The notes under the pieces: model-generated | Told to the model about the DNA's origin: nothing | Seen by the model: only the letters and a program-made list of their open reading frames with translations | The model's database searches: none | Program-made: the position numbers and the translations under genes | Assembly (NCBI GenBank): GCA_964396095.1 | Contig: CAYNCK010000024.1 | Coordinates: forward strand, 8,079 to 72,078 | Length of the DNA: 64,000 nt | From: an uncultured Methanosarcinales archaeon | GTDB lineage: Archaea; Nanobdellota; Nanobdellia; Woesearchaeales; GW2011-AR4 | Reading direction: 5' to 3' | Shown: in pieces, positions 37,411 to 45,945 of the stretch | Layout of the letters: each line of letters opens with the position of its first letter | Numbering within the stretch: position 1 is the first letter of the stretch

Positions 37411-38855
37411 AATTGCTTTATCAAAACACCGACATCCTTTAAAAATCTCCCGTTCAGAACTTCTCTGATCAAAAATCTCGGGCTGAAATAAAACCTGTTG
37501 AATGCGCTGGTGACTTCCTTCTCAAGATATTCCTGGGTTATTTCGTCAGATACCTGCATTGCGGCGCTGTATCCCCCAAGCATGTCAAGAGTCTCTGACT
37601 TAAGCCATTTGTTTTCTTTTGCCATGTCATAAAGCTGCGTGCCGGGAAAAGGGGTTGCAATCTTGTATTCCACCTGGCTCGGCAGCAATTTAAGGCTGAA
37701 ATCAATTGTTTCCTTGATTGTCTGCTTTGTCGACCCGGGTAATCCAAGTATGAAAAAGCACGTTGTTCTTATTCTGTTTTTGTGCAGCAGCATTACTGTC
37801 TCAAGAATCTTGCCAGTATCCAATGGCTTCCTGTTGATAAGCTTCAGTATTTCCGGATGTATATCCTCTACGCCAAGATTGACACATTCGCATCCCGCTT
37901 TTGCAAGAAGCTCGATGGTTTCTTTTTTCAGCAATTCTGGCCTAGTCTCGAATGCAAACCCTACTTTTAGCTTGCTTTCAATCAAAAGATGGCACAAATC
38001 CTCAACTCTTTTCTGGTTCAGCGAAAACAAAGGATCCCTGAAGAAAAATCCTTTTGCGCCAAATTTTTCATAATCATACTTCATCTCATCAAAAATATTT
38101 TTTGCATCCCTTGCTCGCCACTTCAGCCCCTGGTTTGCAGGATATGGGCAGTACCCGCATCCGTAAGGGCAGCCTCTTGAAGCCTGGATTGTAACTAACG
38201 GTGTTTTTGAAACCATGGGAAAGTATCTGTACTTTTTGTATGGAAACAGGCTCCAGTCAGGGAAAGGCAATTCTTCAAGCTGCTCTTTCTCCAGCCTTCC
38301 TGACTGCTCTGTCTTTACAACTTCGCCTTTTTCTACATAAGCAATGTTTGAAATATTTTTTAGATTTTCACCGTTGCAGATATTTGCAATTGAAGTTTCA
38401 ACCTCTCCGAGAATTCCGATGTCAAAATTCGGCATGAGAAGATTTGGCCTTTCATTTATCATTTCCCCTTCAACAATTATCTTGACATTTTTACAGCTGT
38501 CCTTTATTTGCTTTGCAACAATATCCCTTTCGAATATAAAGCAGCTTGCAGAGCATGCCATAACAGCATAATCCGGCTTGAAGGCAGTTATTTTTGGCAT
38601 TATATCGTCTAATTTCAAGTCCTCTGTTGCGGCATCTATCACCAAAAGCTCGAATCCTTTCTGCTTTAGTATTGTTGCTGCATAAACAAGCTGTAATACA
38701 GGAATATGCACATAAGAATTCTTCATCTTGGTAACCATTGTAGAAAGAATGTTGGAGCTGAGGCTATTCTTGACACCCATCCCGCCCATCAAGTCCCTGT
38801 TGATATGGTTTTCATCAGGGCTCGGAGGGTTTAAAACAAGCACTTTAGCTGCCAT
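37407..38855 (-). CDS. B12-binding-domain radical SAM protein, paralog 4
   Basis: AAKVLVLNPPSP, an N-terminal Rossmann-like region, ASRGCPYGCGYCPYP, GVEDI and FILGLPGS. ATG at 38855 is preferred over 38894. Confidence 0.85.
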   Translation of the reverse strand: MAAKVLVLNPPSPDENHINRDLMGGMGVKNSLSSNILSTMVTKMKNSYVHIPVLQLVYAATILKQKGFELLVIDAATEDLKLDDIMPKITAFKPDYAVMACSASCFIFERDIVAKQIKDSCKNVKIIVEGEMINERPNLLMPNFDIGILGEVETSIANICNGENLKNISNIAYVEKGEVVKTEQSGRLEKEQLEELPFPDWSLFPYKKYRYFPMVSKTPLVTIQASRGCPYGCGYCPYPANQGLKWRARDAKNIFDEMKYDYEKFGAKGFFFRDPLFSLNQKRVEDLCHLLIESKLKVGFAFETRPELLKKETIELLAKAGCECVNLGVEDIHPEILKLINRKPLDTGKILETVMLLHKNRIRTTCFFILGLPGSTKQTIKETIDFSLKLLPSQVEYKIATPFPGTQLYDMAKENKWLKSETLDMLGGYSAAMQVSDEITQEYLEKEVTSAFNRFYFSPRFLIREVLNGRFLKDVGVLIKQL

Positions 38856-38899
38856 TTTGTTTTGAAATAATTGAAAGAGAGATACACACAACATCTGCC

Positions 38900-38915
38900 C
38901 TTAACAATAGTTAAG
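38900..38915. promoter_or_regulatory. 16-bp inverted repeat CTTAACAATAGTTAAG (operator-like) upstream of rSAM paralog 4
   Basis: Identical to 28634-28649. It lies 44 nt upstream of ATG 38855. On the minus strand, TTTATAAATA lies 12 nt further upstream. Confidence 0.5.
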
Positions 38916-39272
38916 CACGGCAAGTGTATTTATAAAGTTTGTGATAGGCATCTGTAATAATAGGAAGTTTTAAATAAATGCAGATTGGAATTAATTCACT
39001 GCAAGCTCTGTACCAGAATTCAAGCGAGGCGATTGTAAATGCTTTGGTTGTGAATAATATTAATCCTTTGAATGTTTCTCGGCAGCTTAACAACACGCAA
39101 GAACTAATCCAGTCAACACAAGGATTATATCTGAACACATCCGAGCAGGCCTTTGTGATTATCGAGAGCAATTTCTCCAATTCTATTTTCTTTCTGAGGA
39201 ACGCTTCAAAGCTCATTGTTTTTTCCCATTTCATGACTGTCTTTAGGCTAAAATCAGAAAGATTTATATACT

Positions 39273-39308
39273 TCCGTAAAAACGGATTATATAATCCGTA
39301 AAAACGGA
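39273..39308. promoter_or_regulatory. Operator/promoter of the MNT-HEPN locus: two TCCGTAAAAACGGA inverted repeats around a TATA-like centre
   Basis: TCCGTAAAAACGGA occurs at 39273-39286 and 39295-39308. Together they create the perfect 18-bp palindrome ACGGATTATATAATCCGT (39282-39299). The site ends 11 nt before ATG 39320. Confidence 0.6.
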
Positions 39309-39319
39309 ACACAATAAAA

Positions 39320-39940
39320 ATGCTTACAAAACCGCAGATAAGGATATTCGGGCAATTTTTGAAGAATGTATTCGCTGAATATACTTACAAGGAAATAAAG
39401 GAGATGTCCAAAGAGAAATCAAGCGACACCTTCCATTGCGCAATACAGAAATTCAAGGACGAGGGGCTGGTGAATGAAAAGATAATCGGGAAATCAAAGC
39501 TCTATTCTATTGCGCTTTCAAATGAAGCAAGTTATAATTATCTGGCAATAGCTGCCATGGGAAGGCTTAACAAGCAAGCTAGGTTAATCTTGCAGAAGCT
39601 AACTGAAGAAATAAACAGGTACACCTTATTTTACTCTCTAGTTGTTTTCGGCTCTTATTCAGACGGCACCCAAGATAAAAAATCTGACTTGGACATAGCA
39701 ATTATAATTGAATCAAAGAAGAAAGAGCACGAGGTCAAGACGGCTATTAACTCAATAGCTAAAATTTCACTCATAGAGCTAGACTGCCATGTCATAACAA
39801 AAGAGGAGTTTCTTGAAATGCTAAAAGCAAGCTATGAAAACCTTGGCAAGCAGATAGCAAGGAAAAACCTTCCAATCCATAACAATTATATATTCTATGC
39901 AATAATCAAAGAGGGAGTTGAAAATGGATTCAGACATTAA
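39320..39940 (+). CDS. Minimal nucleotidyltransferase (MNT) with N-terminal wHTH-like domain; antitoxin-type partner of HEPN
   Basis: The NTase signature VVFGSYSDGTQDKKSDLDIAII. The N-terminal ~90 aa are helix-turn-helix-like. Overlaps the downstream HEPN gene. Confidence 0.75.
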   Translation: MLTKPQIRIFGQFLKNVFAEYTYKEIKEMSKEKSSDTFHCAIQKFKDEGLVNEKIIGKSKLYSIALSNEASYNYLAIAAMGRLNKQARLILQKLTEEINRYTLFYSLVVFGSYSDGTQDKKSDLDIAIIIESKKKEHEVKTAINSIAKISLIELDCHVITKEEFLEMLKASYENLGKQIARKNLPIHNNYIFYAIIKEGVENGFRH

Positions 39941-40409
39941 ACTGTTCATAGAAAGGTCAAAGAATGAAATGGACCTGGCAAATGTTGTTTACATTGTCAC
40001 AGGCAACAAGAGGATGCAGATAGAGGAATTTCATCTTGACAGTGCGCAGACATTCTACAGCGGCGTCATTGCCCATTCCTATTATTCAATATTTTATGCA
40101 GCTAAAGCCTATCTTTTGATGAAAGGCATAAAGACAAGGCTGCCAAGCGAGCATAAGAAAACTTTCGACCATTTCAGGGATTTGGCATCAAAAGGCGTGA
40201 TAAAAAAAGACCTTATCAAAATCTATGAGCAGGAATACATCAAGGCAGAGGAACTGCTCAGGATATTCAAGTCTGAAAAAGGCAAGAGAGGGCATTTCAC
40301 ATACCAAAGAATAGCCCAGGCAAACAAGGAGCCGTCTGACATCAGCATGAAGAATGCAGGAATTTTCTTTAAGCACATATACAATCTCTGCGAAAAGCAC
40401 ATCGCATAA
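39924..40409 (+). CDS. HEPN domain protein (toxin-type partner of MNT)
   Basis: The helical pattern AHSYYSIFYAAKAYLLMKGI ... SEHKKT is HEPN-like as I recall it. The gene pairing with an MNT supports the call. The start could be TTG 39918 or ATG 39924. Confidence 0.65.
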   Translation: MDSDIKLFIERSKNEMDLANVVYIVTGNKRMQIEEFHLDSAQTFYSGVIAHSYYSIFYAAKAYLLMKGIKTRLPSEHKKTFDHFRDLASKGVIKKDLIKIYEQEYIKAEELLRIFKSEKGKRGHFTYQRIAQANKEPSDISMKNAGIFFKHIYNLCEKHIA

Positions 40410-40620
40410 GCGACAATTATGCTTCTTTTATGCGCAGCAGATTATATCTCGTGGAGATTACCAAATTTATTTTGCTTAATGGAAACAACATCGACTAGAA
40501 AGTAATTTAATCAATAAAAAGTTAATATTTCAGCCTGCAAAATTCTGCATATGACGATTAGCCTTGAAATCTTGATTAAAAGCAGAAAATTTAAATTTCT
40601 AAGCTTTATTTTGTTGTTTA

Positions 40621-41571
40621 ATGACCAAGAAATTTTGGATATTGTTGATTTTATTATTAAATATCTCCCTAGCTGAAGGAAGCGGATTATTTAGTACTGA
40701 CGGCAAACCAATACCAAATTATGAACTATATTTTTATACCCACAATAAGACACTGTGATACTTTAAATCAGGACTTGATGGATCATTTTACCCAAGAGAA
40801 GGCATAATTCCAGAAAATGATGTTGTGCGTTTGTCAATATGCAAAAATTCCACCTACACTCAGGGGAAAAAAGATATTGAGAATAGGGCAGATTCAAAGC
40901 TGCTTTGTGATGGAGTTATCAATGCAAATTTTTATACTGCCTTAAAAAATATTACAAACTTAAATATAAATATTGATAATAAAAATGATGGGCGGGAGAT
41001 TTCCAGACTTTCTATAGGTTGTGGGGGTGGTGGAGACTTATATTGCTCACATACTCTTTCAAACTTTCAGCTATCTACTAATAATTCTATTATATTATTT
41101 AAGAAAGAATATTTTTTAAATTTTTCAGACCAAGATACAAATCTTAATATCGGTCAACTTAAGCTAGAACAAGGAGTATACTCCCTATCTACTTTTGCCA
41201 CCAATGGGAAAGATTCAAGATTATTTTTAGTGCAATTTAATGCTTACGAGTATAATATTACTAATCCTTACTGCTGCGAAAAAGTCAAGGCAGTTGTCAA
41301 TACAACCAAATCAGGATGATTATTGGCCGATGGCAACACAACAACTACACAATTCTTAGGTCCCAATGAAACCATAGGCATACCAATTGTCAATTTTAGC
41401 GAAGGTGCTAAATGCAATCCAAGTAAAATAGAAATTAATTTCTTTAAAATTGAGAATCTTAATGTGAATATAACTCTATTTGAAATACTTTCATTTTCAT
41501 TATTTTGGGGTTTAATGCTTTTTGGTGGCATTTATCTTCATAAGAAAAAGTCATCAAAGCCTAAAACTTAA
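40621..41571 (+). pseudogene. Secreted, C-terminally membrane-anchored Asn-rich surface protein; single frame interrupted by two in-frame TGA codons
   Basis: Signal peptide MTKKFWILLILLLNISLAEG. TGA at 40756-40758 and 41317-41319 are both in the same frame as ATG 40621. C-terminal TM ILSFSLFWGLMLFGGIYL followed by KKKSSKPKT. About 12 N-x-S/T sequons. Confidence 0.55.
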
Positions 41572-41602
41572 TCCACAACATTAATTATTTCTAAACAATT
41601 TA

Positions 41603-41732
41603 GCACTCCTCACATAATTTTCTTTCGGCACACTTCAAAATTCAAACTAGTTTTTTTCTTTATTGCACTCTCCAACGCTAATTTTCTTTCTTAGGCACGC
41701 TCCAAAGCTTCATTGTGTTTTCCATTTTTAAT
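41603..41732 (+). repeat. Four degenerate direct repeats (25-38 bp) beginning GCACNC...
   Basis: Units start at 41603 (GCACTCCTCACATAATTTTCTTTC), 41628 (GCACACTTCAAAATTC...TTTTTTTCTTTATT), 41665 (GCACTCTCCAACGCTAATTTTCTTTC) and 41695 (GCACGCTCCAAAGCTTCATTGTGTTTTCC). A similar stretch, GCACACTCAAAAATTTTCAATTTTC, occurs at 32577-32601. Confidence 0.35.
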
Positions 41733-41937
41733 GTCGCTTTCGCTAAAACATCATGGCTTCTCCGCTGCAAGTCACCTCCAAGAAAATTTTGCAATGAAAG
41801 TGAATAAAAATCTCAGGAAAACATGCAGTTGAATATAAATTAAATAATTAAGTCATCTGCGGCATATCCTTTCCAAAAACCAAATCTTTTATAAATCAAC
41901 ATAAGTTCTTTCACATAGTTTAGTGGGGTTTTATTTC

Positions 41938-43575
41938 ATGAAGTTTGAATCAAAGCATCTTGAGTATTTGTGCCTTTTCTTCTTTATAGGATTATTGCTT
42001 TACACTGGCATGGGTGTTGTTCTTGACTACAGGCTTTCACATTTTGCTCCTTACGGCTATATGGCATCAGATGCATTCTGGGATTTGGCGCAGCAGATGT
42101 ATCTGCAGGATTCAGGCAATTACCGCTTTATGCCATATTACATGCGCGCAGGATTCAAAGACACAATCGGATTCCATATGCCTATTTTTGCCCATACTGT
42201 TGTCTTGTTTTCAAATGCAAGCGGCATTCCTGTGCATGATGCAAACCTCATAATTGCTTTTATCTTTTCTATTGTCTCATTGATGATATTCTATCTGATA
42301 ATGAGGAATTTCAACAAAAACATTGCAGTCATTGCTTTGTCGCTTGGCACTTTTCTTTACATGAAGAATTTCATGATATTTTATCCCTGGGGTGTTTGGG
42401 ATATTATAGAAACATCCTCATTTTTTCTTGCTGCCCTGTGGGCATTGGACAGGCTTGAAATAAAGAGAATTTACATTTTGCTTGGGATATTTATTGCAGG
42501 AGTCATGCTCACGCATATTACAGAATCATTTTATCTGGGTTTTTTCATTTTGGTTTTTCTAATAATAAAATTCCTGAAAAAGAGGCTTGAAATTTCAGAC
42601 ATAGCAAGGGTTTTTATTGCAGGAACGCTGGCTTTGGCTTTGGCTTTTTACTATATTGTTATATTCAAATTCGGCTACGGCCATAATTCCTCTGATTTTT
42701 CATTCTACATAAATATTTCAAATCCTGAATGGTATGATGTTGTCATAACCCATTTCGGATATGCGCTTCCTTTGATTGCAGTTGGCGCACTCATTTCAAT
42801 TTACCTTGTTTTCACAAAAGAAAAATATTTTGCGCCTTTGGCTGGATTGCTGTTCCTTTTTGCAGGCTATACAAATTTTATCTCGGTTCTTGGCCCAAGA
42901 GCGCTCCAGATGCGCTCATTGTGGCCTGTTGAGCTCTCGGTTTTTTTTGGAATATCAATATATTTTATTTTAAAAATATTCATTAAGAATTGGAAGCTAT
43001 ATATCTCAGTTGCAATAAGCGTGATTCTTGCAATTGCTTTTGTCAATGCTTACCACACAGCAACGCCGCAGCAGGGGCTTATGGATGACGAGCACTGGAA
43101 GGCATTTACATGGTTTTGGAGCAACACAGACCCTGATGCAAGGCCGCTGTTCTTTTACGGAGACTCTTATACGCAGGAAGCAGTTACCTTCACGACAAAA
43201 AGAAACGGCTACAGAGTCGATACTGATGATTTTGTCAATGCCCTCAAAAACAGGACAATAAAAAGATATTACAGCTCAACTGTCGCCGCAGCTGATGACG
43301 GCGACCTGCAGTACAGGATTTCATTCTTCAAATACGGCTACCATTACCATGAAGAAGACCCTGCAAAATTCTCAGGCCCTCAGGATATCTGCAAGTTTGA
43401 CTATTTTGTCTTTGACAAGGCTGCAAGGCAGCTTGTCCTTGCCCAATATAACCTTTTGATTGTATCAGAGCTTTTGAAAAAAGATTTCATAAAAATAGCA
43501 TTTGAAAACAGCGAAGTGCTGGTTTTGAAGAACAATAAGCTAGGAGCAGATTGCATTGAAAAAAGAAATTTTTAG
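41938..43575 (+). CDS. Polytopic membrane protein with C-terminal soluble domain, GT-C-like (paralog of 44234-45862)
   Basis: More than 10 helices. First-loop acidic motif YMASDAFWDLAQ. Post-TM segment HWKAFTWFWSNTDPDARPLFFYGDSY. ATG at 41938 is preferred over GTG at 41923. Confidence 0.5.
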   Translation: MKFESKHLEYLCLFFFIGLLLYTGMGVVLDYRLSHFAPYGYMASDAFWDLAQQMYLQDSGNYRFMPYYMRAGFKDTIGFHMPIFAHTVVLFSNASGIPVHDANLIIAFIFSIVSLMIFYLIMRNFNKNIAVIALSLGTFLYMKNFMIFYPWGVWDIIETSSFFLAALWALDRLEIKRIYILLGIFIAGVMLTHITESFYLGFFILVFLIIKFLKKRLEISDIARVFIAGTLALALAFYYIVIFKFGYGHNSSDFSFYINISNPEWYDVVITHFGYALPLIAVGALISIYLVFTKEKYFAPLAGLLFLFAGYTNFISVLGPRALQMRSLWPVELSVFFGISIYFILKIFIKNWKLYISVAISVILAIAFVNAYHTATPQQGLMDDEHWKAFTWFWSNTDPDARPLFFYGDSYTQEAVTFTTKRNGYRVDTDDFVNALKNRTIKRYYSSTVAAADDGDLQYRISFFKYGYHYHEEDPAKFSGPQDICKFDYFVFDKAARQLVLAQYNLLIVSELLKKDFIKIAFENSEVLVLKNNKLGADCIEKRNF

Positions 43576-43921
43576 CAGGCTGAAAAAGGAAGTGGGTTAT
43601 ATCCTAATTATCTTTTTGATAATCTTAGCCATTTTTAATTTTATTTTCTACAAGGAAATCTTTTTGGTAAAATTAAGCGCTGTATTTTCATTCTTCTGGC
43701 TTTTTATTTTGCCGGGATATGCAATAATGCTCTACTGGAACGAGAAGCTTGAATTTATTGAAAGATTCATCATAGGAATCGCTGCAGCAGCTGCAGTAAC
43801 AGGAATTTCGAGCTATTATCTTGGACTGCTTGGATTAAATTTAAAGTACAACATATATTTGCTTCCCATCATCCTCATTGTTGCAGGAATATTTTTCGCT
43901 TCAAGGAAAAACATTGACTAA
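43556..43921 (+). CDS. Small 3-4 TM membrane protein (LPGY motif)
   Basis: FWLFILPGYAIMLYWNEKLEFIERFIIGI. Overlaps the upstream large membrane protein by 20 nt. The start codon is uncertain (TTG 43556 / GTG 43592). Confidence 0.45.
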   Translation: MKKEIFSRLKKEVGYILIIFLIILAIFNFIFYKEIFLVKLSAVFSFFWLFILPGYAIMLYWNEKLEFIERFIIGIAAAAAVTGISSYYLGLLGLNLKYNIYLLPIILIVAGIFFASRKNID

Positions 43922-44253
43922 TTCTTCTTTTTGAATTTTCCGGCTGCAAAAGCCAGAATTAAAAGTATTGCAAATATCATTATTATGGAAATTTTGAATG
44001 ATATTAAAAACCCCGTCAAATATACCAGCGCAGGAAATATTGTTAGTCCTAGGATTATTGAAAATACAAACTTCTCTCCGTCATTAAGCTGGAAATTATT
44101 GAGCATGATATAAAACGGCAGAGCCATTAATACAATTCCAATTACAATCCATATCCCGGTCATTTCGAATAAATAATAGGCGAATCCAACTGACGCTATT
44201 GCTGTAATAAATGCGAACATCATCAATACCTTGTCATATTTTTTTAGGATCAA
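43918..44253 (-). CDS. Small 3-4 TM membrane protein (LPFY motif), paralog-like of 43556-43921
   Basis: MALPFYIMLNNFQLNDGEKFVFSIILGL. Overlaps the upstream large membrane protein by 20 nt, and converges on 43556-43921 with a 4-nt overlap. Confidence 0.45.
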   Translation of the reverse strand: MILKKYDKVLMMFAFITAIASVGFAYYLFEMTGIWIVIGIVLMALPFYIMLNNFQLNDGEKFVFSIILGLTIFPALVYLTGFLISFKISIIMIFAILLILAFAAGKFKKKN

Positions 44254-45862
44254 GCTTGAACACCCTTATATTGTTTTGATTGTAAACGATAGTATGATTT
44301 ATTAACATTTCTTTCTCAAAAAGCTGCATTGCATTAAATGTATTCTGATCTTTCATAGGCCCAATCATTGTATAGTCCATCATTACATACCACTGTTGTG
44401 ATTTTATAACATCTTCCTTGTTAAGCAACAAATAATAAAACCTTGTCACGTGCTGCGATGCAGCTCCCATCCATCTTATCTTCTTCGCTGTAGCAGAAAC
44501 AAAATTATCCTGGTATGGGATGCCTATTATTGTTATGTTATATTCTTTTGGAACATTTACAAGCACCCATTGCGCTGCCAGGTACTCTTCGTTGTTCAAA
44601 GAAACAAAAAATCCGTCATTTGTGTATGGATTGTATGTATTTTTAGTGAGGATATTTGATGCAAGCGCCATGTTAACGGAAATTGCAAAATAAATGAAAA
44701 CTGCCGCAAGCCCGTATTTCAGCAGCTTGTTGAAATTATACGGCAGCTTGACAAACGACGAAAGATAAACAGCGCCTATTGCTGCCAAAGGAGCAAATAT
44801 ATGCGCGGATGCAGACAAGGACCTGTGCAAAAAAGAAGCCTTTCCCAAAATATCGCGGTGAAGCACAAGATAAAGGCTTACAAGCCAAGCAAGCATAAGC
44901 AAATCCTTTTCTTCCCTTCTCCAAAGCAGGAATAGAATTCCAATCAGCAAAAATGGCAAAGTCCACAATCCATGCATCTGTCCGAATGAAAAATAGCTTT
45001 CAGGAACGCTGCCAGCATAGTCTTTAGGATTTAAACTCCATTGGAATAATCTTGAAAAGTCAAAAGAGCTTTGTGGATTTCCGCTTGCAGCTGGCTTGTT
45101 GAAAAGCTGCGGGAAAATATTGAATGTCTGGTATGGGAACATGAAAAATAAAATCAGGAAAATTATCGCAGCAATTGAAAAATGCCTGAAACTGAAAATA
45201 AATCTTTTCTGCTTTATGGACAGAAATATGTAAAGCACAATCAATCCAAAAACAGAATGGAAAAAGGCAAGAGGATGTATCCAGATATTTATTCCCAAAA
45301 GCAAAGCCGTAAGGTAAGCATAAATTGGCTTTTCCTTCTCAGTGCAATACCTGTAGAAGCAATACAAAATTATTGGAATAAATGCATAACCAAATCTTTC
45401 AGGCCACTGCCCCCATAAGTACGGCATGAAGTCCCTTGGAGAGAAAATCAGCAGCAAAGACGACAAAATTGCAGGCAAAAACCCGAATAATGAGTTGACA
45501 ACAAAATAAGCCGTTATTATGATGAATGAAGCCATAATTGTATTTAACAGGAATACGGGCACAACCCGATCTCCACTGATAGATTCCATAATTCCAAGAG
45601 CAGTGTGAAATGGGGGCGGGTACCACAAAGTATGGGGCTTGAACCTGTTGTCCATTCCATACCTCAAGTCAATATAGGGCGGGAGGTTAATGAATGACCT
45701 GTCGTTGTATGACATGTAGTCAGCAACTTCAAAATGCGACATTGCATCATATTCTCCGTATGGGAGCTTTCTATCCTGCAAAGGCTGGCTCCAAAAATAA
45801 ATGCCAAAAAGATATACTGCCAAAAATATCAAAGTCTGCAGGTAATTTTTATTCAGTTTCAT
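44234..45862 (-). CDS. Polytopic membrane protein with C-terminal soluble domain, GT-C-like (paralog of 41938-43575)
   Basis: More than 10 helices. First-loop segment LPYGEYDAMSHFEVADYM aligns by eye with APYGYMASDAFWDLAQQM of the paralog. Also contains LWYPPPFH. Confidence 0.5.
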   Translation of the reverse strand: MKLNKNYLQTLIFLAVYLFGIYFWSQPLQDRKLPYGEYDAMSHFEVADYMSYNDRSFINLPPYIDLRYGMDNRFKPHTLWYPPPFHTALGIMESISGDRVVPVFLLNTIMASFIIITAYFVVNSLFGFLPAILSSLLLIFSPRDFMPYLWGQWPERFGYAFIPIILYCFYRYCTEKEKPIYAYLTALLLGINIWIHPLAFFHSVFGLIVLYIFLSIKQKRFIFSFRHFSIAAIIFLILFFMFPYQTFNIFPQLFNKPAASGNPQSSFDFSRLFQWSLNPKDYAGSVPESYFSFGQMHGLWTLPFLLIGILFLLWRREEKDLLMLAWLVSLYLVLHRDILGKASFLHRSLSASAHIFAPLAAIGAVYLSSFVKLPYNFNKLLKYGLAAVFIYFAISVNMALASNILTKNTYNPYTNDGFFVSLNNEEYLAAQWVLVNVPKEYNITIIGIPYQDNFVSATAKKIRWMGAASQHVTRFYYLLLNKEDVIKSQQWYVMMDYTMIGPMKDQNTFNAMQLFEKEMLINHTIVYNQNNIRVFKLDPKKI

Positions 45863-45945
45863 AATCTTAAGCCATTAAGTTGGATTTATAAAGATTTGTC
45901 TGCATTCAAGGAAAAAGCTTTAAAACAGGCTTGGAATAGTCATTC

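Noticed and set aside
38911-39312. Overlapping ORFs on both strands (133 aa minus, 107 aa plus at 38978-39301) between rSAM paralog 4 and the MNT gene
   Set aside because: Neither translation shows a recognisable motif. The minus ORF is Cys/Phe-rich. It would also cover the rSAM promoter motif and the MNT operator. I cannot decide between the strands, so no CDS is called. A small real gene here remains possible.
40756-41319. Selenocysteine at the two TGA codons of the surface protein
   Set aside because: The flanking residues (KTL_YFK and KSG_LLA) show no redox CxxU/UxxC-type context. No Sec machinery is visible in the window. This cannot be fully excluded without the whole genome, so it is kept as a check inside the finding.
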